From the NCBI GenBank assembly GCA_043228905.1, contig JBHGNT010000007.1, positions 6,634,001-6,698,000 of the forward strand: 64,000 bases of DNA, written 5' to 3'. This stretch comes from Azolla caroliniana (Eukaryota; Plantae; Polypodiophyta). A program made the position numbers and the translations under genes. Shown here one piece after another: positions 1 through 10,000 of the stretch; position 1 is the stretch's first letter; each line of letters starts with the position of its first letter. A model generated the notes under the pieces. That model made no database searches, had not been told where the DNA came from, and saw only the letters and a list, made by a program, of their open reading frames with translations.

Positions 1-9
1 TAAAGATGT

Positions 10-607
10 ATGTGGTGCGACAACCCCGACCACCTACGAAGGGAGTGTGGATACTTTCAAGAGGCCCTAAGAAAGGATATTGTCTATCTTTGGAACAATA
101 GGGTCTATTTGACGGAGACAAGGCGCCCCTTGGGATTGAATCAAGGCCGAGGGGGCATGAGAAGGCTAATGGAGGAGGCTGAAGCACGACATGTTGAAGC
201 CGTCCACTACTTGGCGTTGGCTGGGATTCGAGTGGGGAAAGAGGTGAGGAGGCAAGAGGAGAAAGAGTTTGACTTTTGGCCGTCAATCCTTGGAAGCCTC
301 TCTAACGGGAAGTTCAAAAGAGAAGAAGCGGATGAAGCGGAAATAAGGGTCCAAGAAGCAACCGGGTGGAAGGATCCGGTGGAAGAAAAGACAGGCTTAG
401 TGGAAGCCGCTTGCCAAAACTACAAAGTAATGGTAGAAAGGAAGAAGGTAGGAAATGACGAGGGAGCCGGTCCATCAAGGAAATAGGACGCTAGAGGTGC
501 ATGAAGAAGGGAAGAGCCGAACCAATCTCAAGCACGCGACGAACGATGGAAAGAGAAGGGGAACCCCCCCAACTTCAAGCTTTGCTCGGAAATCGAACAA
601 GCAACGG
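10..607 (+). pseudogene. Gypsy A gag, zinc-knuckle region (CDNPDHLRREC), with in-frame stops
   Basis: ORF 10-486 has a CCHC-like motif. The frame continues through TAG/TGA stops to KEKGNPPNFKLCSEIEQAT and resumes after Copia-1. Confidence 0.75.
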
Positions 608-1200
608 CCACAACCGAGGAACAGGATCGATTCACAGAAAACAGGAAATACTACAATGCACGAAAACAATAGAGAGAAGGGCACCCTGGATGTTTTACGT
701 GGAAAACCCTAAATGGGAAAAACCACGGGAGTGCAAGACTCCAACTATCACTATACGCGGGAATGTACAATGGCGAGTTGCAAGGCGACGACCTTGAGCT
801 CGCTGTCCTCGCCACAGGCGGCGGTATTACACAGAGGCGTCGACCTCTTCCTTCCTCCTTCTCTCTCACTCTCTCTCGGCTGCTCTCACTTCGCTCCCTC
901 TTAGTGGAAAACAGAAAATGAGCAACAACAACTTAACTGTTTGCCCTAAGTCATATTTATACACATATGACTTTCGGGCTATTTACAAATATAGCCTCAA
1001 GGGCTCTTGGCAAACATATTCACAAATATGTCTCCGCATCCGGATCTCTCTCCGGGTACATTCGTCATCCGGCTCCGTAGCCGGGGTCTTCATCATCCGG
1101 CTCCGTAACCGGGGTCTTCATCATCCGGCTCCGTAACCGCAACCGGGCTTGCCGTCATTCATCCCCGGACATCCCATCCGGAGGGACCGAAATCCCAACA
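605..1200 (-). repeat. Copia-1 3' LTR (outer end clipped by ~17 nt; 3 copies of a 28-bp repeat)
   Basis: Direct repeat of 5333-5984, ending CCCAACA next to the PPT. Confidence 0.95.
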
Positions 1201-1210
1201 AACTCCCCCT

Positions 1211-4200
1211 TCACTTCGGCATGGGATGTCTCTCCAGTCCGATCCTCTTCCGGCATGCTTCCAGCTTGTCGGGTGTGAGCACCTTGGTCAGCATATCCGA
1301 CCCGTTCTCGTCCGTGTGGACCTTCGTCAGCACGAACTCCTTGTCTTCTATCCTTTCCCGGATCCAGTGATATCTTCGCTGGATGTGCTTCGTTCGGGAG
1401 TGATAAGCCGCGTTCTTCGCAAGGTGGATGGCACTCTGACTGTCGCAGTAGAGTCGGTACTCCTCCTGCTGGATACCGAGCTCTCTAATGAAGTCCTTCA
1501 TCCATATTATTTCCTTGCCGGCTTCAACAGCCGCCATGTACTCCGCCTCCGTGGTTGACAACGCAACCGTCTTCTGCAGCCTCGACTGCCACGAAACAGC
1601 TCCCCCTGCATACGTCATCACATACCCTGATGTGGACCGGCTGGTATCTGCATCAGCCGACATATCCGAATCGGTAAAGCCGTCGAATTCGGGCTTACCG
1701 GAGCCGAATCGGAGGCACACGTTTGCCGTGCCCTTCAGGTATCGGAGTATCCACTTGACCGCGTTCCAGTGCTCTTTGCCGGGATTGCTCATGTACCGGC
1801 TCACCACTCCAACTGCATATCCTATGTCCGGTCTTGTACACACCATTGCGTACATTAAGCTTCCGACGGCAGAGGCATATGGTACTTTCATCATGTCCTC
1901 CTTCTCAGCCTTTGTCTTGGGGCTTTGCTTGCTGGACAACTTGCAGTTTCCCGGGAGGGTTGACCCGACCGGTCTTGCTTCCGACATGTTGAACCGGTGA
2001 AGCACCTTCGTCACGTACTTCTCCTGTGACAGCCACAACTGCTTCTTCTTCCGGTCCCGGATGATGTGCATCCCTAGTATTTGCCTCGCCGGACCCAGGT
2101 CCTTCATTGAGAAGGTTCGGTGAAGCGCTTTCTTCAGCGTCCGTATCTTGACCTGGTCCCGTCCGACGATCAACATGTCGTCCACGTACAGGAGGAGTAT
2201 TAGAGAGTCTCCTCCTTCGAACTTCTTCACAAACACGCAGTGATCAGACTGCGTTTTGTGGTACCCTTCGTCGGTCATGAAGGAGTCGAACTTCCGGTAC
2301 CATTGCCGGGGAGCCTGCTTCAGTCCGTAAAGGCTCTTCTTCAACCGGCATACCAGGTGCTCCTTCCCTTTCTTCTCGAATCCTTCCGGTTGCTGCATGT
2401 AGATCTCTTCTTCGAGGTCACCGTGAAGGAATGCCGTCTTCACGTCCATCTGTTCTACCTCGAGGTCCATGCTTGCCGCTATGCTCAGCACCGTCCGGAT
2501 GGAGGTCATCTTCACTACCGGGGCGAATATCTCGTCGAAGTCGACGCCCTTCTTCTGCTGAAACCCCTTCACCACGATCCTGGCTTTGTATCTCGGGGGG
2601 TTTCCGGCATCTCCCGGTTTCAGCTTGAACACCCACTTGTTTCGAAGTGCCCGCTTTCCTTTCGGCAACTCCACAAGTTCATATGTGTGGTTCTCATGCA
2701 GGGAATCCATCTCGTCCTGCATGGCACTCAACCACCTGCGGCTCTGGGTGTCATGCTTTGCTTCTTCAAAGCTCTCCGGCTCCCCTTCGTCGGTTAGCAG
2801 CACGTGCTCTGGTTCCGGAAATCTCCGGGGGGTCCTTCTCTCTCTTAGAGGATATCTCCGTTCCGGAGCTTCGGTAACCGGTTCTTCCGATTCTTCTTCA
2901 TCCGAATCCATTTCGGGATCGGGGCCGGTTCCGGTATCATTTTCATCTTCTTCGGCCGGTTCTGTTTCTTCATAGTCTTCGGCCGGATCCTCGAGTGTTA
3001 ACCGGTCCCTTGCCGGTCGGGACTGCTCCTCGTAGAGTTGATCCTCACCGGTCGACTTGGAGCTCTTCATCTTCTTCTCCGACTCCCAGTCGGCGAGTGT
3101 CTTGTCCTCCATGAAGATGATGTCTCGACTCCTGAATATCTTCTTGTCGACCGGGTCCCATACTCGGTAGCCGAACTCGTCGTCGCCGTAACCGAGGAAT
3201 ATGCATGGCCGGGTCTTTGGATCTAGCTTTCCTCTCCGGTCCTTTGCCACATGCACGTATGCGAGACACCCGAACACCTTCAGATGCCGGTAGGACACTT
3301 CCTTACCGGTCCACACTTTCTGCGGCGTGTCTCCGTCCAAAGGTACTAAGGGTGATCTGTTTATCACGTATGTCGCCGTCGACATTGCCTCAGCCCAAAA
3401 CCCCTTGGGTAATTTCGCATGCGCCAGCATACTCCGGACCCTCTCCATTATGGTCCGGTTCATCCTCTCGGCCAGCCCGTTTAGTTCCGGCGTCTTCGGC
3501 ACAGTAAACTCGAGCCGGATTCCCTTCGAGCGACAGTACTCCTGGAACTGCCCCCGGTATTCCCCTCCGTTATCCGCTCGTATCGCTTTCAGCTTCTTGC
3601 CGGATTCCCTTTCCACTCTCGCGTGGAGTTCTTTGAAGACGGACAACACTTGGTCCTTTGTCTTCAACGGCGCCGTCCACAGCTTCCGGCTGTGATCATC
3701 AATGAAAGTCACGAAGTACTGGGCTCCGCCATGTGACTTCGTTTCTACCTGACACACATCCGTGTGCACCAACTCCAATGGTGCGCTACGTCTCGTCGGT
3801 GGCCTTGAGTGGAAGGAGGTTCGGTTCTGCTTACCGGCCAGGCAATCGGTGCACTTCTCCAGGTGCACATGCTTTACTGGAATAAGGTTGTCTTCTGCAA
3901 GCCTCTTCATCCCCTTCTCACTCATGTGGCACAGTCTTTTGTGCCACAGCTCACCGGCAGTGTCGGCTGCCACATTCAGCTCTTCCGGACACAACCAGGC
4001 ATTCATAAGGTACAGTGTGTTGACTTTCCGGGCCCGAGCCACTATCAGGCTTCCCTTGCTGAACTTCATTACGCCCTTCCGGATGCTACCTGTGTAGCCT
4101 TCATCGTCTAGCCTCCTGGCCGAAATCAGATTCAATCGAACCTCCGGAACGTATCGGACATCCTTCAGCAGCATTTTGCATCCGGTCGGGGTTGTCAACC

Positions 4201-5284
4201 ATACGTCTCCTATGCCGGCAATCCGGCACGTACCTTCATTTCCCATCCGAACACAGCCATGTTCACCGGCTGTGTAGGATGAGAAGTATCTGCTTTCCGG
4301 GGTCAGGTGGAACGACGCTCCGGAATCGACCACCCAGGTAGTCTCATCGCCGGCAATGTTTAGTTCACCTTCTTCGGTGATGAGCATGATCTCCTCTTCA
4401 CTTGCCGCGAGTGCCGTCGTTCCTTTCCGGTCCTGCCCTCGCCGATCCGGACCTCTCCGGTCCGTGGCTCCCCGGTATGCACCGTTTCTCTCCGGTGACT
4501 TCTTCGAATCGGTGTCGTCGGCTCCGTTGTCTTTTCGGTAATGCCGACAATTCTTCCGGAAGTGCCCCGGCTTCCCACAGTGGAAGCATGTGGGTCTTCC
4601 TCTTGACTGCGACCGGGTCCCCGACTTCTCCTGTCTTTGCGGACTCCGATTCCATTGTCTTCCCCGTTCCGATTCGGTAAGCAGCGCCTTCGAGTCGGAG
4701 ACCGGTTCTTTATCTCTCCGACGCGCTTCTTCGTTCAAAATACTTGTCTTTACCGTTTGTAGGGACAAGTTATCTTCGGCGCAGGAGGTGTTGAGAGTCA
4801 CGACCAAGTTCTCCCAGCTGTCCGGCAATGTACACATCAGGATGATGGCTTGCATTGCATCCTCCAACGGGAACTTGATCGCCGCAAGCTGGTTCACGAA
4901 TCCCATGAACGTGCTTACGTGTTCCACCATACTCTCGCCGTCCCGGTACTTGAGGTTCACTATCTTTCTCATCAGGGAGGTCCGGTTCAACGCATTCTTC
5001 CTCTCGTACAGGCCCGACAGCTTCCTCCACATCTCATATGCGTTGGTGTCGTTCGCCACGTGTTGTAGAACGCTCACGTCGACGTATTGCCGAATGGTTG
5101 CAACGGCTTTCCGGTTCAGAAGCCTCCACTCCGTCTCAAGTACCCCCTTGGGTATTTCCGACCTGTCGATCGGTTCATACAGGTCCCGAACAATGAGCAG
5201 ATCCTCCATCTTTATCTTCCAGTCGGCATAGTTCTGCGCATTCAGCACCATCATCCCCGGCTGCCCGCTGTTGCCGCCTTCCAT
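1211..5284 (-). CDS. Copia gag-pol polyprotein (gag, CCHC, protease, GAG-pre-integrase, integrase, RT, RNase H), intact
   Basis: Uninterrupted ORF with motifs CFHCGKPGHFRKNC, WVVDSGAS, WHKRLCH..C..C, HTDV/DNGGE/E, MDVKTAFLHG, LYVDD, FTDSD. Likely ATG is MEGG at 5284, just after the PBS. Confidence 0.95.
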   Translation of the reverse strand: MEGGNSGQPGMMVLNAQNYADWKIKMEDLLIVRDLYEPIDRSEIPKGVLETEWRLLNRKAVATIRQYVDVSVLQHVANDTNAYEMWRKLSGLYERKNALNRTSLMRKIVNLKYRDGESMVEHVSTFMGFVNQLAAIKFPLEDAMQAIILMCTLPDSWENLVVTLNTSCAEDNLSLQTVKTSILNEEARRRDKEPVSDSKALLTESERGRQWNRSPQRQEKSGTRSQSRGRPTCFHCGKPGHFRKNCRHYRKDNGADDTDSKKSPERNGAYRGATDRRGPDRRGQDRKGTTALAASEEEIMLITEEGELNIAGDETTWVVDSGASFHLTPESRYFSSYTAGEHGCVRMGNEGTCRIAGIGDVWLTTPTGCKMLLKDVRYVPEVRLNLISARRLDDEGYTGSIRKGVMKFSKGSLIVARARKVNTLYLMNAWLCPEELNVAADTAGELWHKRLCHMSEKGMKRLAEDNLIPVKHVHLEKCTDCLAGKQNRTSFHSRPPTRRSAPLELVHTDVCQVETKSHGGAQYFVTFIDDHSRKLWTAPLKTKDQVLSVFKELHARVERESGKKLKAIRADNGGEYRGQFQEYCRSKGIRLEFTVPKTPELNGLAERMNRTIMERVRSMLAHAKLPKGFWAEAMSTATYVINRSPLVPLDGDTPQKVWTGKEVSYRHLKVFGCLAYVHVAKDRRGKLDPKTRPCIFLGYGDDEFGYRVWDPVDKKIFRSRDIIFMEDKTLADWESEKKMKSSKSTGEDQLYEEQSRPARDRLTLEDPAEDYEETEPAEEDENDTGTGPDPEMDSDEEESEEPVTEAPERRYPLRERRTPRRFPEPEHVLLTDEGEPESFEEAKHDTQSRRWLSAMQDEMDSLHENHTYELVELPKGKRALRNKWVFKLKPGDAGNPPRYKARIVVKGFQQKKGVDFDEIFAPVVKMTSIRTVLSIAASMDLEVEQMDVKTAFLHGDLEEEIYMQQPEGFEKKGKEHLVCRLKKSLYGLKQAPRQWYRKFDSFMTDEGYHKTQSDHCVFVKKFEGGDSLILLLYVDDMLIVGRDQVKIRTLKKALHRTFSMKDLGPARQILGMHIIRDRKKKQLWLSQEKYVTKVLHRFNMSEARPVGSTLPGNCKLSSKQSPKTKAEKEDMMKVPYASAVGSLMYAMVCTRPDIGYAVGVVSRYMSNPGKEHWNAVKWILRYLKGTANVCLRFGSGKPEFDGFTDSDMSADADTSRSTSGYVMTYAGGAVSWQSRLQKTVALSTTEAEYMAAVEAGKEIIWMKDFIRELGIQQEEYRLYCDSQSAIHLAKNAAYHSRTKHIQRRYHWIRERIEDKEFVLTKVHTDENGSDMLTKVLTPDKLEACRKRIGLERHPMPK

Positions 5285-5315
5285 TTTCTGTGTTAATTTC
5301 GCTCTGATACCACTT

Positions 5316-5984
5316 TGTCGGAATTCCGTGCTCGGCCACAACCGAGGAACATGATCGATTCACAGAAAACAGGAAATACTACAATGCACGAAAACAATAG
5401 AGAGAAGGGCACCCTGGATGTTTTACGTGGAAAACCCTAAATGGGAAAAACCACGGGAGTGCAAGACTCCAACTATCACTATACGCGGGAATGTACAATG
5501 GCGAGTTGCAAGGCGACGACCTTGAGCTCGCTGTCCTCGCCACAGGCGGCGGTATTACACAGAGGCGTCGACCTCTTCCTTCCTCCTTCTCTCTCACTCT
5601 CTCTCGGCTGCTCTCACTTCGCTCCCTCTTAGTGGAAAACAGAAAATGAGCAACAACAACTTAACTGTTTGCCCTAAGTCATATTTATACACATATGACT
5701 TTCGGGCTATTTACAAATATAGCCTCAAGGGCTCTTGGCAAACATATTCACAAATATGTCTCCGCATCCGGATCTCTCTCCGGGTACATTCGTCATCCGG
5801 CTCCGTAGCCGGGGTCTTCATCATCCGGCTCCGTAACCGGGGTCTTCATCATCCGGCTCCGTAACCGGGGTCTTCATCATCCGGCTCCGTAACCGGGGTC
5901 TTCATCATCCGGCTCCGTAACCGCAACCGGGCTTGCCGTCATTCATCCCCGGACATCCCATCCGGAGGGACCGAAATCCCAACA
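5316..5984 (-). repeat. Copia-1 5' LTR (669 bp; 5 copies of the 28-bp repeat)
   Basis: TG..CA ends, 3 nt from the PBS. Confidence 0.95.
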
Positions 5985-7079
5985 CTTCAAGCTTTGCTCG
6001 GAAATCGAACAAGCAACGGACTTGAAGAAGGTAGTGGAGGAGAGGATCCTTGATAGTTGCGTAGAGTTTACTCTGTGAGAGGTCCTCGGAATTGCCAAGA
6101 AAGAATTCCATGAGGTCATCATCGACCTAATGAAGAGGAAGCGGCTCTCGACGGAGCAAGAAGAGGCAAAGCCCGCAATTGTAATGCATTGTCAACTGAG
6201 GTTCCCGAGGAAGACGAAGACTATGCGGACAATCACTACATGAGGCCGCATTGGGCGAGAGCGACAACGGAGACACCGATACGGGTCGGAGATGTAAAAG
6301 AGCCGTTTGTAGCATTAATCAACCATGGCTCTGAGATCAAACTTATGTCCATGGACTTTTATAAAAAGGGAAAGTGGCCGATCAACATGGAGCATGGGTG
6401 GAAGATTAGAGCGGCGACCCGAGCAACCAAGGAGCTATACGGGGCTTGCCCGAATGTATGTGTGAAGGTGGGGGACGTAGAAATAGATCAACATTTCTTT
6501 GTTCAAGAGACGTCCTCGCACCCGGTCATCTTGGGTGAACCATACATCACGGCGGCTCGCATGGAGACGAAGGTGCTAGACAACGGGTCGACATATGCGA
6601 GGGTCAAGAGCCAAGATGGGAAGCATTCGGTCCAATTCCTTACGGTGAGGCTCAACCATGAGCGCAATCGAGCGCAATCGAGCCTCCCTCAAAGGGGACA
6701 ACCGAGAGGATTTTTTATTCGGGCTATTAAAGAGTGGGGCCGCAATAGCCCGAGGCAAACTAAGACCCTAAACCCTGGTAAAACTATTAAATGTAATAGG
6801 AAACAATTTTGGTTCTCCGAAAATGGAGCTTGTAAAATTAATAGTTTAAGTGATAGAGATAAGTCTAGGGCCAAGAGATACAAAAGGTATCTCAAACAAT
6901 GTAATTTATTGGGGGAAGATGATACTATAAGCGGCGCCATGGAGGCGGTCTCGTTCGACGACACTCTCAGAGAGATGGAGAGGGTAGTCGTTTCGGGCCT
7001 CAATGAAGACAAGGTAATTCCAGTCAACTCAATTGACATGTACACCGCCATCAAAGAGCTTGGGTAGTTGATTGAGGAA
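5985..7079 (+). pseudogene. Gypsy A gag C-terminus, aspartic protease and start of pol
   Basis: ALINHGSEIKLM (degenerate D-x-G-S) and VILGEPY motifs. Stop near 6076 and frameshift near 6185. Confidence 0.8.
6708..6753 (+). promoter_or_regulatory. Putative -1 ribosomal frameshift signal (G GAU UUU / U UUU UUA plus 10-bp stem-loop) of Gypsy A
   Basis: Both heptamers are in the protease frame. TCGGGCTATT (6719-6728) pairs with AATAGCCCGA (6744-6753). The -1 frame is the RT frame. Confidence 0.7.
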
Positions 7080-10000
7080 TGTTGAGAGACAAGCTCAACA
7101 TTTGTGCGTAATATGATGCGTAACCAGTGCGTAGACTGGGTGCATAAAACCGGTACGCAGACCGGTGCGTAGAAAGGCTGTATCGGTGTGTAGACCGAAA
7201 GGCCGTTAGAAAGATATTCCTCGTAAGGAATAGTTTTGGGAGTAAGTGTCGAGGCTCATTTATGAGTAGTCAAGTACTGTCAGTACTTGTGTCAGCCCAT
7301 TGTCAGGGCTTGTATAAAAGTGCTCACTGAGCACATCCTATGTACAGATTGAGTATTATTTTTCGAACTTAAGTTCCTGTGTTACTCTCTCTTTGTCTCT
7401 CTTGTGCGTACTATGAAAACCTAAGCTTTCCATTAAACCTACGTTTTCTGTTGTTCGGTTTTCCTATATTGCTTCCGCACGCCATTCTTTTCATGGTATC
7501 AGAGCGCGAGGGTTGAGAACCTCTGCAGCTGACTTTGCTTGAACGAAAAACCAACGAAGAAGAACAAGAAAACCAATGGACAGAGGAATGGCTAGCTCGC
7601 TTCCAACGGAGAAGCTCGACAGAACCAACTACGCATCTTGGTCCTACAAGATGCACCAGTACCTACTCGGACATGGTTACTGGAGCTATGTCGATGGAGC
7701 AAATGACACAACACCCGATTCGACACACAAAGACTTCCCGGCGTGGGAACAATCGGCGAGCAGAGTGCTATACTGCTTCGCGTCTTGTGTGGGTGAACAG
7801 CTGCTAAGCTACGTTCGGGATGCAAAAACGCCGAAGGGTACATGGGAAAATCTAAAGAAGATTTTCGCCGCGAGCACCACAGCCAGGAAGCTTCAGCTTC
7901 GACAGGAGTTGAGCAACCTACGACAACGCGATTTGTCGGTGGCTAACTATACCTCGAGGATTAAGGACATATGCGACTCCTTAGCTTCCATCGATGTGAA
8001 CATCGAGGAAAGCGAGATGGTCCAAGTTTGTCTCGGGGGTTTGGCGTCGAAGTTCGGGGTGTTCCGAACTGTAGTGTGTACCCGGGAGAATACGTCGTCT
8101 TTTTTCGACTTACAATCGATGCTCCTAGTAGAGGAGAACCACGCGGGTGCGTCGACGAGCACGCACACCGACAACAAGATGTTGCACACGGAGATGGGAA
8201 AGGCCCCGTGGTCGTGGCGGACGAGGAGAGTCGGTACGCAATGGAGGCGGCCGACGGGATCAAGGAAGAACGCAACGAAGTGATGCCGACAGCAATTCCG
8301 GACCCTCCGGAAACAGGGGGAGTCGAGGCGACGAGAACTAGAAAGGGAAATCCGCCACGGAATGCTGGTACTGTGGCAAGAAAGGCCACAGGGAGAGCGA
8401 GTGCTGGAAGAAGCGCGCTGAGTCGGAGAGGTCTAGTTCCGGACATACCGACAAAGGAAATCAGCAGCGATCGCACTACGCCGAAGGATCCGGAAAAGCC
8501 GGAAAAGGGTCAGTCTTCGTGACGAGACACGAAGCAAACTCAATGAAACAATCCGCCCCGAAATCAGACGAGGTGTGGTATGTTGACTCCGACGCGTCAA
8601 ACCACATGACGTGCCACAAGGAGTGGTTCTCATACCTTAAGAAACCGACGAAACCAGGAGTAGTCGCAACTGGAGACGACACTCCGCATCCGATCGCGAA
8701 TGTCGGTGAAGTTCCCTTGAGCCATGTCGGGCAGAAAGGGAAACTTATGAACGTGTTACACGTCCCGACCTTCACGAAGAATCTGGTGTCGGTCGAGCAG
8801 ATCGTCGACCAGGGGATGCAGGTTCGGTTTACGCATCTTGGGTGCTTCATTGAGGAAGAAGGCCAGATTATTGCGCAAGGGCGCAGAGATGGGAGGATGT
8901 TTATCCTCGACTCTACTGACGGTGCCAACGCAATGTTCGCGAAGGGACAAAAAGTCGAGTCGGACATCGAATTATGGCACAAACGAATAGGCCATGTCAA
9001 CTATCAACGGCTTCAAGACCTACAATCGAAACAAGTGGTGTTTGGATTGCCCAAATTTAGTGGTCAGAAGGCACAAATTTGTGAAGCTTGCCAGCTTGGG
9101 AAGCAACACCGACTTCCTTTCCAAAACAAGCGTAATCGGAGCCGGAACAAGCTAGACTTGATACACTCTGATGTGTGGGGGCCGGCACAAAATGTTAGTC
9201 TTGGCGGGAGCCGATATTTTGTCTCCTTCATCGACGACTACACGCGGCACATGTGGATCTACCTCATTGAGAGGAAAATCGAAGTCTTTGACTGTTTCCG
9301 GGACATCAAAGGGTTCGTGGAAACGGACACAGGAAGAAAGATCAAGTGCATGTGGTCGGATGGCGGAAAAGAATACTTTTCCGGTCAATTCAACGGTTAT
9401 CTACAACATATGGGAATTCGGCGCGAATTCAGTTGTAGATACACGCTGGAGCAAAACGGCGTGGCCGAGAGAAAAAATCGGTCGGTTGTGGAAGCTGCAC
9501 GCGCAATGCTGGAAGAGAAGAGCTTGCTCAAGTTCTATTGGGCCGAGGCGGTAAGAACCGCGGTATACATCCAAAACCGGATCGGAGAAAAAGTGTTGGC
9601 GCACGAGCTATACTTTGGAACAAAGCCGAACTTGCGACACTTACGAGTTTTCGGTAGCATTGCGTATGTACATGTGCCAAAGGAGAAAAGGAGGAAGTTG
9701 GACGCAAAAGACGAGAAGTATATCTTGGTCGGCTATTCAGACGAGCAGAAGGGTTATAAGTGTTATAACCCGCGTACCAAACAACTGTGCATGAGCCACG
9801 ACGTTGTGTTTAATTAGTCCGCGTCCTGGTACTTGCCTCCGACTCTGGATCCCACCTCCAATCTGAGTTCTGATGATGAGGACAACGAGGCCGAGGTGCC
9901 TCCGGCTGAGCCTGAAATCGGAACCCCCGAGGAGAGTCCGATTTCATTTCGGTTAAGTGGACCGAATGGACGATTGAGTCGGTATGACCAATCCGATGAA

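Larger units (their letters stand above)
605..5984 (-). mobile_element. Copia-1: full-length Ty1/Copia LTR retrotransposon, young
   Basis: LTRs 605-1200 and 5316-5984 are near-identical. PBS TGGTATCAGAGC (rc at 5301-5312), PPT (rc AACTCCCCCT 1201-1210), single intact gag-pol ORF. Confidence 0.97.

Noticed and set aside
1226-5296. Many antisense and alternate-frame ORFs (up to 213 aa) over Copia-1, repeated over Copia-3
   Set aside because: Shadow ORFs of a GC-rich coding strand with no recognisable domains. They recur only because the two elements are near-identical.
5285-5341. N-terminal extension MWPSTEFRQ.. of the 1376-aa ORF
   Set aside because: It starts at a non-ATG codon inside the LTR and crosses the PBS. 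The shared start in Copia-1/3/C is MEGG.
5791-5925. 28-bp direct repeats resembling a CRISPR array
   Set aside because: Head-to-tail with no spacers, inside a eukaryotic LTR, with no cas genes.
6764-6777. Telomere-like CCCTAAACCCT
   Set aside because: Under two units, within TE coding sequence.
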